In this document: piece by piece, positions 1 through 10,481 of the stretch
How positions within the stretch are numbered: position 1 is the first letter of the stretch
Layout of the letters: every line of letters starts with the position of its first letter
Source: Fibrobacter sp.
GTDB lineage: Bacteria > Fibrobacterota > Chitinivibrionia > Chitinivibrionales > Chitinispirillaceae
Reading direction: 5' to 3'
NCBI GenBank assembly: GCA_012513915.1
Contig: JAAZBG010000128.1
Location: forward strand, 9,640 to 73,639
Length of the DNA: 64,000 nt
Position numbers and translations under genes: made by a program
The notes under the pieces: model-generated
The model's database searches: none
The model's input: the letters and a program-made list of their open reading frames with translations, nothing else
Told to the model about the DNA's origin: nothing

Positions 1-1
1 C

Positions 2-2287
2 AAAGATGAAGGTGCAGAAGTAACCTTGACAAGCACTATGCCGTCAATTGGTGATGTGGACGGGCCTGCAACAATAAGAAGTGATGACACCGGAAATGTA
101 ACATTTAAAATAAAAGTAACAAACGGGGCAGAGAAGGATACATTCCCATTGGTTGCCACACTTGTTTCAAACAATAAGGCTGACAGTGCAAAGGGTGTTG
201 TTGGAAAAACAACTGATATGTTTGTCATTTTTTACAGTGACACTGCAAGTGGTTATGACAGGGACAATGTCAGGATCGAGGGATTGAGTGGTGACCGGTT
301 TGCCGTAACTATTATTGCGTCAACGTCGACATCAATGGATGATATTGTTGCGACCAGAAATACCGAATTTAATATTGAGTTTCCAAATAACGCAGGAGTG
401 CTTAATGCGTATGCAAATAAGAATGATACTCTGCCTATTACAACAGCAAAGCTTGTAAATGGTAAAGCAGTAATCTGGATTACATCAACGGGTAATGCGG
501 TAAGTAATGCTGGAATCCTGGTGCTGTCATCAGATCTGTCAATTAAACGTGGAGAAAGAGAGAAAATCTATTTCACTGTTCCGGTAATAAAGGTTAAATC
601 TGCAGCATATTATGCTGATAACGGATTTGGTCAGGTTGATAGACTGGAACTTTTTTATGAGGATACGCTACGGGATGAATCGTTTCTTCCTGATTCAATT
701 GAACTTTTCTGGCCGTTGAAAATTGAAAAGACCAGAATGCTGGTAAGTAGTAAATCCCTGATGACACTTGATCCATCAAATAAGCGTCATGTAACTGTCA
801 GGTTACAACCTCCATTTGATACGGCAATTACTGCTGCCGGAAGCACAAACCAGCTTGGAGAACTCTACTGGAAGAATCCTGGAACCCCGATGGCGTCAGT
901 GCAGATTGTAAAGTTTTCTGTTGGAGACAGTATTGGTCCTCTTCTAAAAACAGCAACACTTTTCGAGCGTTTGACAGAGACCGGAAATGATACGATGGTC
1001 GTAACATTTACTGAAGCTGTTGCTGGAGCTGCTATTGAAGGGCAGACGTTGAAATTAATCAGGAACAATGGTGCAGATACTGTTGCTTTGAATATTCTTG
1101 AAGCAGCAAATATTGGTGGTGACACAATGCGGCTGGTTGTAGAGAATGCAGGAGTTAATTCGCCTGCCTCCGGAGATCTGTTAAAGATTAATGCATCAGG
1201 TACTATCGCAGATATGTATGGAAACAGTGCAGATCCAGCAAACCGGCCGGTACCGGTCATCATTAAACCGGTTTCAGCGGATATTATCGATGCATTCTAT
1301 TTTGACACTGATGCTGATGGCAATATTGATTCTGTAGCTATCAGGTTTAATAAATCTGTCAACAAGGATGATTTAAGGCTGCTTACAACATTTAACATGG
1401 ACACTTTTTCATTTTCATCAAACGCGCTTATTAAGACTGCTAATCCTGCCGGATTGTGGGTTAATGTGGAATCACGCTACAGTACTAACCTGAATGGCGT
1501 TGTCAGTGGGAATATGGTAGTTACAGTCTGGAATACCGGGTTTCCTTTGGAAGCACCAAAGAAAAAGGATGCGATTGACAAAGCGGGTCCTGTTTTAAAA
1601 AATGCGGCATACCTGCCGGGAAAACCGATTCCCGGTGTTGTCGGGAAGTATGAAACAGACACGTTATTCATTGAATTCGGCGAAAATGTTACTGCACCGC
1701 TTGCTGAAGAAATGTACTCTTTTTATTCGTCAACGGGTACGTACAGTGTCCGGCTGGAAAACCAATTACCGGTTTCGACAAGCACTAAGTATTGGTATCT
1801 GGTAAAGAATGTAACCAGTTCACCGGTTGATGGTGATTCTGTAAATTTACTGATTGGCAAAGCAGCAGATGGTAATGGGAATTTTCAGAATAATCCTTTG
1901 AATAAAAAGGTGAAGCTTGAAGTAAAAGAGAGAATGGCAACAATAGATACCAGGGTTGGCCCCAACCCATATACCATAGGCGACGGAAATGCCGTATTTC
2001 TCACAACGGCCTTAACAAATGATATCGAGATGAAAGGGGAGATAGCCATCTATGACAGATTTGGTAATCTCATCAAAAAAATTACCAAAAATGATACATC
2101 GATGATAGATCTGAAATCCGGGCTGCATTACAAATGTATTAGGTATGAGTGGGATGGATCAAATTTGTCCGGTCGTTTGGTAGGTGCTGGTACATATGTC
2201 TGGGTTGCAAAGATCCAAAAAAAAGAAAATGGTGTCTGGATTCTGCATCCAGAGTTAAAAAAAGATAAAATCAGTGTGAAAAGATAG
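2..2287 (+). CDS. Large secreted/cell-surface protein, 5'-partial, with C-terminal FlgD-Ig / T9SS-sorting-like domain
   Basis: The frame is open from nt 2 to the TTG at 26, so the gene probably starts upstream of the window. The sequence is Thr/Asn/Val-rich and beta-type. The last ~90 aa (GPNPY..IAIYDRFGNLI..WDGSN..GR.V.AGTYVW) fit the FlgD-Ig/T9SS C-terminal domain pattern. A hairpin terminator follows. Confidence 0.6.
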   Translation, partial: KDEGAEVTLTSTMPSIGDVDGPATIRSDDTGNVTFKIKVTNGAEKDTFPLVATLVSNNKADSAKGVVGKTTDMFVIFYSDTASGYDRDNVRIEGLSGDRFAVTIIASTSTSMDDIVATRNTEFNIEFPNNAGVLNAYANKNDTLPITTAKLVNGKAVIWITSTGNAVSNAGILVLSSDLSIKRGEREKIYFTVPVIKVKSAAYYADNGFGQVDRLELFYEDTLRDESFLPDSIELFWPLKIEKTRMLVSSKSLMTLDPSNKRHVTVRLQPPFDTAITAAGSTNQLGELYWKNPGTPMASVQIVKFSVGDSIGPLLKTATLFERLTETGNDTMVVTFTEAVAGAAIEGQTLKLIRNNGADTVALNILEAANIGGDTMRLVVENAGVNSPASGDLLKINASGTIADMYGNSADPANRPVPVIIKPVSADIIDAFYFDTDADGNIDSVAIRFNKSVNKDDLRLLTTFNMDTFSFSSNALIKTANPAGLWVNVESRYSTNLNGVVSGNMVVTVWNTGFPLEAPKKKDAIDKAGPVLKNAAYLPGKPIPGVVGKYETDTLFIEFGENVTAPLAEEMYSFYSSTGTYSVRLENQLPVSTSTKYWYLVKNVTSSPVDGDSVNLLIGKAADGNGNFQNNPLNKKVKLEVKERMATIDTRVGPNPYTIGDGNAVFLTTALTNDIEMKGEIAIYDRFGNLIKKITKNDTSMIDLKSGLHYKCIRYEWDGSNLSGRLVGAGTYVWVAKIQKKENGVWILHPELKKDKISVKR

Positions 2288-2319
2288 AAGTATCTGAGCA
2301 CGGTATAATGTTAATTTTT

Positions 2320-2349
2320 AGGCGCAGTTGTTATTTATTGCGCCTTTTT
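2320..2349 (+). terminator. Rho-independent terminator candidate
   Basis: A 7-bp GC-rich stem aggcgca/tgcgcct (2320-2326 / 2339-2345) with a 12-nt loop is followed by TTTTT, 33 nt after the stop at 2287. Confidence 0.6.
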
Positions 2350-2386
2350 AATTGGTACATTATGCAAGAGTGATGGAGCCTTGTAT

Positions 2387-3316
2387 ATGAAGATAGATCG
2401 CCTATTGTCAATTACATTGATGTTAATCAATCGTCACATGGTTACCGCAAGGGAATTGAGTCAAAAGTACGAGGTAACGATCCGGACAATTTATCGTGAT
2501 ATAGAGGCTATTATTGCTGCTGGCATTCCGGTTGTGGCGTATCAGGGTAAACAGGGCGGCTTCTGCCTTATGGATAATTACCGGATAGATCGTCAACTTC
2601 TGACGCTTAATGATATGACATCAATATTACTTGCATTAAAAGGTCTCAATACTGCATTAAAGAATGAAAATGTAAGTGACGCAATTGAAAAAATAGAAAG
2701 CATTGTCCCGGATGATAAACGAAACATCGTAAATCAGCAATTTGACAATGTGATAATCGATCTGTCCTACTGGGGTGAACCAACGGCGCAAAAGAACAGA
2801 ATCTCAATAATAAACCAGGCGGTTACAGAAAAAAGGCTCCTGTCATTCAGGTATCGTAATTTGCGCGGGGAGGAACTCATGAGGACAATTGAACCCATGA
2901 CACTTATTCTTAAAATGAACTGCTGGTATGTCTATGGGTATTGCCGTGATCGTGATGACTACAGGTTGTTTCGCATGTCAAGAATGTTTGAGTGTGCCCT
3001 GCTTGATACGGTATTTGACAAAAAAAGTAAACTGTTTGATGAAAAAGAGTTTTTCAATAATCAAACCAATGTTCTCAAAATAAGATTGAAATTCTCACCA
3101 GTTGCAAAAAGTAAAGTCGAAGAGTTTTTTTCAGATCACTACGTTGAAACATTGTCTGATGGATCACTGATTGTTGAGGTTGATTTTCCTGAGGATGAAT
3201 GGGTCTATTCTACGCTGCTTAGTTATGGAGAAACTGTTGAAGTCCTCTCTCCGCCGCACTTACGTCAGTTAATAAAAGAAAAACTGAAAAAAGCATACAA
3301 TCTCTACAAAACCTGA
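2387..3316 (+). CDS. YafY-family transcriptional regulator (N-terminal HTH plus WYL domain)
   Basis: N-terminus DRLLSITLMLINR..VTARELSQKYEVTIRTIYRDIEAI is the typical DeoR-like HTH of YafY proteins. The central FRYRN..GE...R.IEP and WYVYGYC..R.D.R.FR..R segments match the WYL domain pattern. ATG 2387 is preferred over the TTG at 2381. Confidence 0.8.
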   Translation: MKIDRLLSITLMLINRHMVTARELSQKYEVTIRTIYRDIEAIIAAGIPVVAYQGKQGGFCLMDNYRIDRQLLTLNDMTSILLALKGLNTALKNENVSDAIEKIESIVPDDKRNIVNQQFDNVIIDLSYWGEPTAQKNRISIINQAVTEKRLLSFRYRNLRGEELMRTIEPMTLILKMNCWYVYGYCRDRDDYRLFRMSRMFECALLDTVFDKKSKLFDEKEFFNNQTNVLKIRLKFSPVAKSKVEEFFSDHYVETLSDGSLIVEVDFPEDEWVYSTLLSYGETVEVLSPPHLRQLIKEKLKKAYNLYKT

Positions 3317-3355
3317 CATACTGCTGTCACACTACTTTGGTATTTTTAAGGAAAG

Positions 3356-3438
3356 AAGATTGAGATTAGGATAGGTTAAGATTGAAAGCGTGTTTGACTC
3401 TGTTCTTGTCTGACTTCAATCTCAAGCTTAATCTCAGG
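3356..3438. repeat. Imperfect extended inverted repeat built from GAGATT(A/G)AG units
   Basis: aagattgagattagg (3356-3370) and ttaagattgaaag (3376-3388) are complementary to cttaatctcagg (3427-3438) and cttcaatctcaag (3414-3426). The element lies between the YafY/WYL regulator and the zinc-ribbon gene. Confidence 0.45.
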
Positions 3439-3470
3439 CTGTTTTAAACACATTTACTAAAGGAGTATCT

Positions 3471-3701
3471 ATGGAGTTCTGTTTTTCATGTGGAATGCCA
3501 CTTACCAACGACGTAAAATCAAAGAATAAGCAATTCTGCAAATACTGTGCAGATGAATCAGGGACTGTAAAATCACGCGAAGAGATTCTTGGTGGAATAG
3601 TGAATTGGCTTCGCATGATGCAGCCGGAATTAGCAGACGATGTTGCGACGAAACGTGCGGTTTATTACATGAAAGCAATGCCCCAATGGGCTGATGCATA
3701 A
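3471..3701 (+). CDS. Small zinc-ribbon protein
   Basis: CFSCG...CKYC is a four-Cys zinc ribbon at the N-terminus. A strong SD (aaaggag) lies 7 nt upstream of the ATG. Confidence 0.6.
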   Translation: MEFCFSCGMPLTNDVKSKNKQFCKYCADESGTVKSREEILGGIVNWLRMMQPELADDVATKRAVYYMKAMPQWADA

Positions 3702-3843
3702 AAGTAAAAAATCAAGATTCAATAACAAACTTGTACAATTACGGTGTCGTTGCTGGTAGTATTTCAAGAAACAGCAATCGTCTTACCATGGGTGATACCA
3801 TACAAACTACTCCGGTAACGACACACTCATAAGGAGATTGTAG

Positions 3844-4194
3844 ATGCAGAAATCAATAGTTACAGATGCTGCACTTGTCGCAAAGTGCGGATTGTATTGC
3901 GGTGCATGTAAAATGTATCTGAGTGGGAAGTGTCCGGGATGCACAAAAAATGAAAAAGCTGCATGGTGTAAAATCCGGATATGTACAATAGAGCAGTCAT
4001 TTGCGTCATGTGCTGAATGCGGGCAGTTTGAGGATCCTATGGCATGTAAAAAGTTTAATAATGTTATGTCGAAGATTTTTGCATTTCTGTTCAGATCAAA
4101 CAGAGCCGCCTGTATTAAACAAGTACGTGAAAATGGAATAGAAAAACATGCAGAAATAATGGCCAAAAGCGGGCATCAGTCGATAAAGAGGTAA
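3844..4194 (+). CDS. Cys-rich protein, DUF3795-like
   Basis: CGLYCGAC..CPGC...WC.IR.C......C.EC is the cysteine pattern typical of DUF3795. The SD aaggag lies upstream. Confidence 0.6.
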   Translation: MQKSIVTDAALVAKCGLYCGACKMYLSGKCPGCTKNEKAAWCKIRICTIEQSFASCAECGQFEDPMACKKFNNVMSKIFAFLFRSNRAACIKQVRENGIEKHAEIMAKSGHQSIKR

Positions 4195-4357
4195 GAAAAG
4201 AATTCGTTTAATGGTATAAATTCATACCATTTATTGGGTACAAGCCTGAATTAATGTGTGATTTAAATCTCAGGGAATACTATCCCATTGTAGCTTTTAA
4301 GCAGTATAACTATATTCAAAGGGTGAAACGTCAGAAAAACATATTCAGGCAGTTTGG

Positions 4358-5593
4358 ATGATTAAAAAAAACAGGTGGGGATTCAGGCTGGTTTTGCTTA
4401 CGGTGTTACTCTGTGCGGTATCAATCTATGCAGCTCTGAACTACCCGTTTGTTACCGAATCCAGCCGGTTCCTCTTTTCGTGTGGCTCTATATTGTCAAT
4501 AATGGTAATCGTAACCGGTCACCTGTCATACAAGCGGGTTCACAACTGTAAAGTGTATCTGCTTGGGTATCTTCAGGGTTTTACGCTGTTCTCTTTTTTC
4601 GCTTCATTTCTGGCTGCAGATCTCTTTAATGCCCCGTTACCGCCACATAATTTTTATGGTGCATTAATTATTCTGTCGTATATCAATTTATTGATTACTA
4701 TACCGGTTAAATCACTTCTAAAGTACTCAATGGTAAGAAGTATCACACTGCTTTTATTTACCATTGAACTGATCTTAGTCGATATCTGTTACCTTTCACC
4801 ACATGCTACTGACTGGATCGGTTTTATCAATTTTATCGGTATGTCAGATTATTTTTTCTGGATTGGCCCTGTTTTATCATTGGTAATTATACTACTGTGT
4901 AGTGCTCTTTTAAAAAACGAATTCCATATCGGTGGCCTGATTGCATCACTCTCAATTGTGTTTGCTGTCATTTGGGTCTATGGCCTTGACAATGGAGTGC
5001 CTCTCAAAATGCAGCAACTATTCATGGTTGTTGCCGCAGTAGTACTTCTAACGGGCATAATGTTTCACTGGGTTTCGAAAATTGAACATCGGGTAGTTAT
5101 CGATCCTCTGCTTCAGATCTATAATAGAGAATATTGTTCGAAGATCATTTCAGAGCAGGCTCCAATGGAACTATCTCCGCCATTATCAATTGCCATGGTG
5201 GATATTGATCACTTTAAACATGTAAACGATAGTTATGGGCATCAGGCTGGTGATGCTGTACTATATACAGTTGCACAGGCTGTTCACGCTGATGCAGTTG
5301 CTCATGGCGGGATCGTATGCAGGTATGGCGGTGAGGAACTGGCTGTTTTTTTTCCCGGAAAGCGGGTAAAAGAAACGGCTGCAATTATGAACACCTGTAG
5401 AACCACTGTTGAGAAGATTCTTACTGACGCCGGAAAGAAAAAAATTGCTGTTACCGTTTCTGTTGGTGTTGCTGAACGTACCGAAAGTGCTCAACCGGTG
5501 ACTCTGGTCATGCATGCTGCCGATAAAGCGCTGTATAAAGCAAAAAAAGGTGGCAGAAATCAAGTAAAAACCGGTTCGGTTCGTTTGTCGTAA
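4358..5593 (+). CDS. Membrane-bound diguanylate cyclase (multi-TM N-terminus plus GGDEF domain)
   Basis: About 240 aa of hydrophobic helices are followed by DIDHFKHVNDSYGHQAGD and RYGGEELAVFF (GGEEL active site). Confidence 0.85.
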   Translation: MIKKNRWGFRLVLLTVLLCAVSIYAALNYPFVTESSRFLFSCGSILSIMVIVTGHLSYKRVHNCKVYLLGYLQGFTLFSFFASFLAADLFNAPLPPHNFYGALIILSYINLLITIPVKSLLKYSMVRSITLLLFTIELILVDICYLSPHATDWIGFINFIGMSDYFFWIGPVLSLVIILLCSALLKNEFHIGGLIASLSIVFAVIWVYGLDNGVPLKMQQLFMVVAAVVLLTGIMFHWVSKIEHRVVIDPLLQIYNREYCSKIISEQAPMELSPPLSIAMVDIDHFKHVNDSYGHQAGDAVLYTVAQAVHADAVAHGGIVCRYGGEELAVFFPGKRVKETAAIMNTCRTTVEKILTDAGKKKIAVTVSVGVAERTESAQPVTLVMHAADKALYKAKKGGRNQVKTGSVRLS

Positions 5594-5700
5594 TATATTG
5601 ATTTTATTAGTTTTGATAATTATTCCCTAAAGGATCGGAAGACACATACTTAAAACAGTTGCACTATTTGGGTTTACGTTCTATTTTATAACATTTTCGT

Positions 5701-6939
5701 GTGGAGGTGTTTTTGGCAGTATCAACGTTGTACGGTTCAAATCTGATTGTAAATGTTCTGTTTTTTGCTGCGATTGTAATTGTTGTTGGTGATATCCTTG
5801 CGACTCTTTTTACTATTTTCTACCAGAGATACTGGTATGACAGGTTTACCCGTTCCAGGTTTGATGCTTCTTTTGATCCGAAATGTTCTATTATTGTTCC
5901 GTGCAAAGGTGTTCCAAAGGATCTCGAAAAAAATCTTGAAGCCTTTCTGGAACTTGAGTATACCAATTATGAAGTTGTATACGTAACCGAAAGTGATTCT
6001 GATGCTGCGGTTCCGGTGATTCAAAAGATTATTGAACGTCATAAGAATGCGAAAATTGCATTTGCAGGGCTTTCAATGACTTGTGCTCAGAAAAATTACA
6101 ACCTGTTAGCAGCTCTTAAGATAACCGATGCACCTGATGTTTACGTTTTTGCCGATTCCGATATACGGCCGGCAAAGAACTGGTTAAAAGAACTGGTGAC
6201 ACCATTATCATCAGAGAAAGTTGCCGTTACCAGCGGATTCAGATGGCTTCATGCGGTGAACGGTACTATTGGCGAGCTGACACATTCATATGTCAATGTG
6301 TTCATGTACGTATGTTTTGTTACAGCCTGTTCATTCGGCGGGGTAGGGCTTTGGGGTGGTTCAATGGCAATCCGCAGGAAAGATTTTGATGCATTTGGTG
6401 TAGCTGAAAAATGGGCTAAAGTTGGTGTTGATGATATGAGTCTTTCGAGAATTGTTCAGAAAAATCGTAAGAAAACGATACTGGTTCCACAGTGTGTCAC
6501 ACATACCAACGACCCTCTTCCTACAGTAATAAGTACTGTCAACTGGTTTGAGCGTCAGATAATGTACCTTAAGGCACACTTTAAGCCATTATGGTTTTTT
6601 GGTGTATTTCCTCTTGCTGTTGTGGCGACTGCACTGATTTTTGCTCTGCCGTTTGCTTTGTTTGCGTCAATTTCGTCTGATCATACTTTTTGGGGAGCTG
6701 GTGGCGGTCCAGCACTAATCTTCTATGTTGGTGAAATAGCGACGCTGTTTTTGTATCCGTTTCTTGGCAAAATGCACAAGTTTCCAAAGTTTGTTGCATT
6801 GTTTCCGATGATGCGCATGACGCATACGATCAGCTATTTCAAGACGATGATGACAAATACGATTACATGGGCAGGTATAAAGTATACATTGAATTTCAGC
6901 GGTGAGGTTTCCAGGATCGAAAGACCGTCAAAAGGATAA
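5701..6939 (+). CDS. Family-2 glycosyltransferase, membrane-bound (ceramide-glucosyltransferase/HpnI-like architecture)
   Basis: An N-terminal TM helix is followed by a GT-A core (SIIVPCKG, ADSD, DDMSLS) and C-terminal TM helices. The start (GTG 5701) is uncertain. Confidence 0.65.
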   Translation: MEVFLAVSTLYGSNLIVNVLFFAAIVIVVGDILATLFTIFYQRYWYDRFTRSRFDASFDPKCSIIVPCKGVPKDLEKNLEAFLELEYTNYEVVYVTESDSDAAVPVIQKIIERHKNAKIAFAGLSMTCAQKNYNLLAALKITDAPDVYVFADSDIRPAKNWLKELVTPLSSEKVAVTSGFRWLHAVNGTIGELTHSYVNVFMYVCFVTACSFGGVGLWGGSMAIRRKDFDAFGVAEKWAKVGVDDMSLSRIVQKNRKKTILVPQCVTHTNDPLPTVISTVNWFERQIMYLKAHFKPLWFFGVFPLAVVATALIFALPFALFASISSDHTFWGAGGGPALIFYVGEIATLFLYPFLGKMHKFPKFVALFPMMRMTHTISYFKTMMTNTITWAGIKYTLNFSGEVSRIERPSKG

Positions 6940-6944
6940 AACAG

Positions 6945-7568
6945 ATGGCTTTGCGTTGTGCAGTTTTTGCGTCAGGCGGTGGTAGTAATTTTCAGGCGTT
7001 AATTGACAGAAAGAATGCCGGTGATCTTGATGCCGAGTTTGTTCTTTTCGTAGGAAACAATAGTAGCGCAGCAGCATTTGATAAAGCCCGTACTGCGTCA
7101 ATTCCGACGCTTCACATTGCTCCGTCACATTTTGAATCCGAATCACTTTATGCAAAAAAACTACTTGAGAGTCTTGAAGAATATAACGTTGAACTGATTG
7201 TACTTGCCGGATATATGAGAAAGCTGCCGTCCGAAGTGGTTCTCCGGTATCATCACCGTATAGTCAACATTCATCCCGGTTTGCTGCCGGCGTTTGGCGG
7301 TAAGGGAATGTATGGGTCGCATGTTCATGATGCCGTTATTGAGTACGGTGCAAAAGTGAGTGGCATTACCATTCATTTTGTTGATGAAGAGTATGATCAC
7401 GGGCCGATTATTGCTCAGATTACTGTTCCTGTGATGGATTCGGATGATTCACATGCGCTTGCGGAGCGGGTGCTTACAGTGGAGCATGGTAATTACTGGA
7501 AGGCAATTCAGGCAATTGCCTGCGGACGGATCCGTATCGAAGGGCGTAGAGTTTTCGGTAATGTCTGA
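6945..7568 (+). CDS. purN: Phosphoribosylglycinamide formyltransferase
   Basis: Motifs FASGGGSNFQALID, LAGYMR, NIHPGLLP and TIHFVDEEYDHGPII. Confidence 0.9.
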   Translation: MALRCAVFASGGGSNFQALIDRKNAGDLDAEFVLFVGNNSSAAAFDKARTASIPTLHIAPSHFESESLYAKKLLESLEEYNVELIVLAGYMRKLPSEVVLRYHHRIVNIHPGLLPAFGGKGMYGSHVHDAVIEYGAKVSGITIHFVDEEYDHGPIIAQITVPVMDSDDSHALAERVLTVEHGNYWKAIQAIACGRIRIEGRRVFGNV

Positions 7569-8214
7569 GAAAAGTAAAAAGAAGACAGCATCACTATTTG
7601 CATATGACAGAGCCATCGCGGAAGAGACATCCGGGTTTATTGTTGGTGTTGACGAAGTAGGAAGAGGCCCGTTGGCCGGCCCGGTGGTTTCTGCGGCTGT
7701 ATGCCTCGATACAACTATGGTAATTGATGGTGTTAATGATTCCAAGAAGCTCTCACCTGCCGCCAGAGACGAACTCTATGAAATTATCAGGGAAAAGGCA
7801 ATTGCTTTTGCAGTTGCATCATGTACACCACAGCAAATTGACAAAATCAATATCCTTCAGGCCTCGCTGTTGTCGATGAAAATGGCACTTGATGCGTTAA
7901 CGGTTCAGTACGGCCTTGTGCTCATTGATGGCAATCAGCTGATTCCCGGTTTAGATATCTCAAAACAACGGACAATTGTCAAAGGTGATGCAACCAGTGC
8001 GTCAATTGCAGCAGCGTCAATTATTGCAAAAGTGACAAGAGACCGGATCATGGATGAATATCACGGAAAGTATCCGGTGTACGATTTTAAGCAGAATAAG
8101 GGTTATGCAACTGAGCATCATCGTAATGCTATTGTTGCGCATGGCCTCTGTGAAATTCACCGCAGGAGTTTCTGTACCACTATCCTTGAGTGTCAATTAT
8201 CGCTGTTTGATTGA
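7561..8214 (+). CDS. rnhB: Ribonuclease HII
   Basis: Motifs GVDEVGRGPLAGPVV and DSKKLS. The ATG at 7561 overlaps the purN stop (ATGTCTGA). The longer ORF from 7444 lies inside purN and is not used. Confidence 0.9.
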   Translation: MSEKSKKKTASLFAYDRAIAEETSGFIVGVDEVGRGPLAGPVVSAAVCLDTTMVIDGVNDSKKLSPAARDELYEIIREKAIAFAVASCTPQQIDKINILQASLLSMKMALDALTVQYGLVLIDGNQLIPGLDISKQRTIVKGDATSASIAAASIIAKVTRDRIMDEYHGKYPVYDFKQNKGYATEHHRNAIVAHGLCEIHRRSFCTTILECQLSLFD

Positions 8215-8307
8215 TATCTTACATACTTGTCTAATCGTAAATTGTATATTACTATTGTATAAGCGATTTCTGATCGTTCACAAACACACTGATATAGAGA
8301 GTATTCC

Positions 8308-9300
8308 ATGAAAGTATCAACAATAGTACAAGTGGCTGGTGGTTTGATAATTGCATCCGCCGGGTTGTACATATTTTTTAAAGATGTTGACATAAAAGAA
8401 ATTGGATCACATATTCAGCAGACTGAATGGTGGGTAATAGCGCTTGTCGCACTGATGAGCCCGATCAGTCTGTGGCTTCGGGCTCTCAGATGGAGGTTAA
8501 TGCTTCCCAGGAGAAAAAATACCCATAAGCATGGACTGTTTTCAATTACAGTAATTGCATTTGCAGTCAATAATATTCTACCTGCCAGATTGGGTGAGGC
8601 TGTACGTGCTGTGTTGCTATGGCGGCGTAACAGGTTTACAATTGCTGAGAGTGTGGGGTCACTTGTTCTGGAACGGGCGATTGATTCGACAGTATTTCTC
8701 TCCTGCCTGTTTCTTCCCATATTTTTTGTCGGATCACTTGAAAACCTGCTTCCCCTGGGTGTTTTTGGCGGGGCCGGATTTGCAGGAATACTAATGACGT
8801 TTCTGTTTTATGCGATATTTCCGGACTTTACAAAAAAAATGTCATCGAAGGTGCTTTTTATTATTCCTGGCAAATTCCATGACTGGTTCAGAAAGCTTGG
8901 TAACGAACTGATATCGAATCTTGACTGGATTTTTTCATTGCGAAAATCATTTGTTGTTGCGGTACTTTCGTACGCGATTATTTTTTGTTATGTGGTCATG
9001 ATCTGGTTATTGGGGATTAAACTTAGCGGTTTTGCAGTGTTTCAAAGTATGTTTGGTGTTGCTTTTGCTGCACTTGGGTCAGCGATTCCCCTTGCACCCG
9101 GATATGTCGGGACACTTCATGCAGTGCTTCAAAAAGGACTTGCGCTTCTTGGGGTTCAGGGTTCCAGCGCTGCGGCAATTACCGTGCTGTATCATGCAAT
9201 CGGATATGTCGTTGTTACGTTTATGGGTATTGTGTTTTTCTTTACATTGAAGTTGTCTGTTGACGATATCGGAAAAGCGAAGCAGCAGATTGGTGATTGA
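8308..9300 (+). CDS. Polytopic membrane protein, UPF0104 / lysyl-phosphatidylglycerol-synthase TM-region-like (flippase-like)
   Basis: About 8 predicted TM helices, with the RALRW..ML and ILPARLGE motifs typical of this family. Confidence 0.6.
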   Translation: MKVSTIVQVAGGLIIASAGLYIFFKDVDIKEIGSHIQQTEWWVIALVALMSPISLWLRALRWRLMLPRRKNTHKHGLFSITVIAFAVNNILPARLGEAVRAVLLWRRNRFTIAESVGSLVLERAIDSTVFLSCLFLPIFFVGSLENLLPLGVFGGAGFAGILMTFLFYAIFPDFTKKMSSKVLFIIPGKFHDWFRKLGNELISNLDWIFSLRKSFVVAVLSYAIIFCYVVMIWLLGIKLSGFAVFQSMFGVAFAALGSAIPLAPGYVGTLHAVLQKGLALLGVQGSSAAAITVLYHAIGYVVVTFMGIVFFFTLKLSVDDIGKAKQQIGD

Positions 9301-9324
9301 TCAAGGCAATCGGAGGGATATGTA

Positions 9325-10311
9325 ATGTCTGATGATATAAAGGTGCTGGATGAGCTTAAAGAGTCTGTAAGGAAAATCAGGGGTGAATTAAAAAAGAAGA
9401 TAATCGGGCAGGAAAATGTTATAGATGATCTTCTGGCCTGTTTTTTATCCGGAGGGCACTGTTTGCTGATTGGTGTTCCGGGGCTTGCAAAAACACAGTT
9501 GATTCACAGTCTTGCAAAATGTCTTCACCTTGATTTTAACCGGGTACAGTTTACGCCGGATCTTATGCCGTCGGATATTACCGGATCTGAGATCCTGTAT
9601 GAAGACCGGGCTACCGGTCATCGTGAATTTCGATTTGTTAAAGGGCCGGTCTTCAGTAACATCGTACTTGCGGATGAGATTAATAGAACGCCACCCAAGA
9701 CTCAGTCAGCACTTCTTCAGGCAATGCAGGAGCAGGAGGTGACATCATCGGGGCATACGTACAAATTACCGCAACCGTTTTGGGTTCTTGCGACACAAAA
9801 TCCGATTGAGCAGGAAGGAACCTACCCGCTTCCGGAAGCACAGCAGGACCGTTTTATGTTTTCGATTGAAATCGGATATCCATCAAAGGACGAGGAGATT
9901 GAGATTGTAAAAGCGACAACGGTTTCAAATGACAAACAGATTGAAGCAGTGGTAACACTTGAGGATGTAAAGAGGTTTCGTGAGATTGTCTGGAGGATGC
10001 CCGTTGCAGATTCTGTTGTTACATCGGCAGTTGCGTTGGTACGTGCAACCCGCCCTGATGAGAACGAGTGTCCTCACGAGATAAAAAATTTAATTACCTG
10101 GGGAGCTGGTCCGCGTGCATCACAGTTTCTGATTCTTGCTGCAAAAGCATATGCATTACTTGAAAATCGTCCAACACCGGATTTCACTGACGTAAAAAAG
10201 GCTGCATTTCCTGTACTTCGCCACAGGCTTGTACGTTCGTTTCACGCAGAGGTTGACAATGTCAATGCTGATGATATAATTAGAAGAATATTCGATTCAC
10301 TACACACATAG
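9325..10311 (+). CDS. MoxR-family AAA+ ATPase
   Basis: Walker A GVPGLAKT, Walker B LADEINRTPPKTQSALLQAMQE and ATQNPIEQEGTYPLPEAQQDRF. Confidence 0.9.
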   Translation: MSDDIKVLDELKESVRKIRGELKKKIIGQENVIDDLLACFLSGGHCLLIGVPGLAKTQLIHSLAKCLHLDFNRVQFTPDLMPSDITGSEILYEDRATGHREFRFVKGPVFSNIVLADEINRTPPKTQSALLQAMQEQEVTSSGHTYKLPQPFWVLATQNPIEQEGTYPLPEAQQDRFMFSIEIGYPSKDEEIEIVKATTVSNDKQIEAVVTLEDVKRFREIVWRMPVADSVVTSAVALVRATRPDENECPHEIKNLITWGAGPRASQFLILAAKAYALLENRPTPDFTDVKKAAFPVLRHRLVRSFHAEVDNVNADDIIRRIFDSLHT

Positions 10312-10481
10312 ACCTTAAGTGTTTTGTCAGTAGATAGTGGTAGCGTGTTGTAAGAGAGTTTGTTAGATTGGTATTCAATCAGGCATTGCAAAATTAAAAC
10401 TAAAAAATAATCCGGCAATGGTACTGATTTTTATCAGGTTTATTCTTATACTACACAATTCTGCTATACTATGCTGGTATT

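Noticed and set aside
2321-2330. The 10-mer ggcgcagttg is shared between the terminator at 2321-2330 and the terminus of the 13.6-kb hairpin element (13629-13638).
   Set aside because: It is a single short match with different flanking sequence, which is insufficient to link the two elements.
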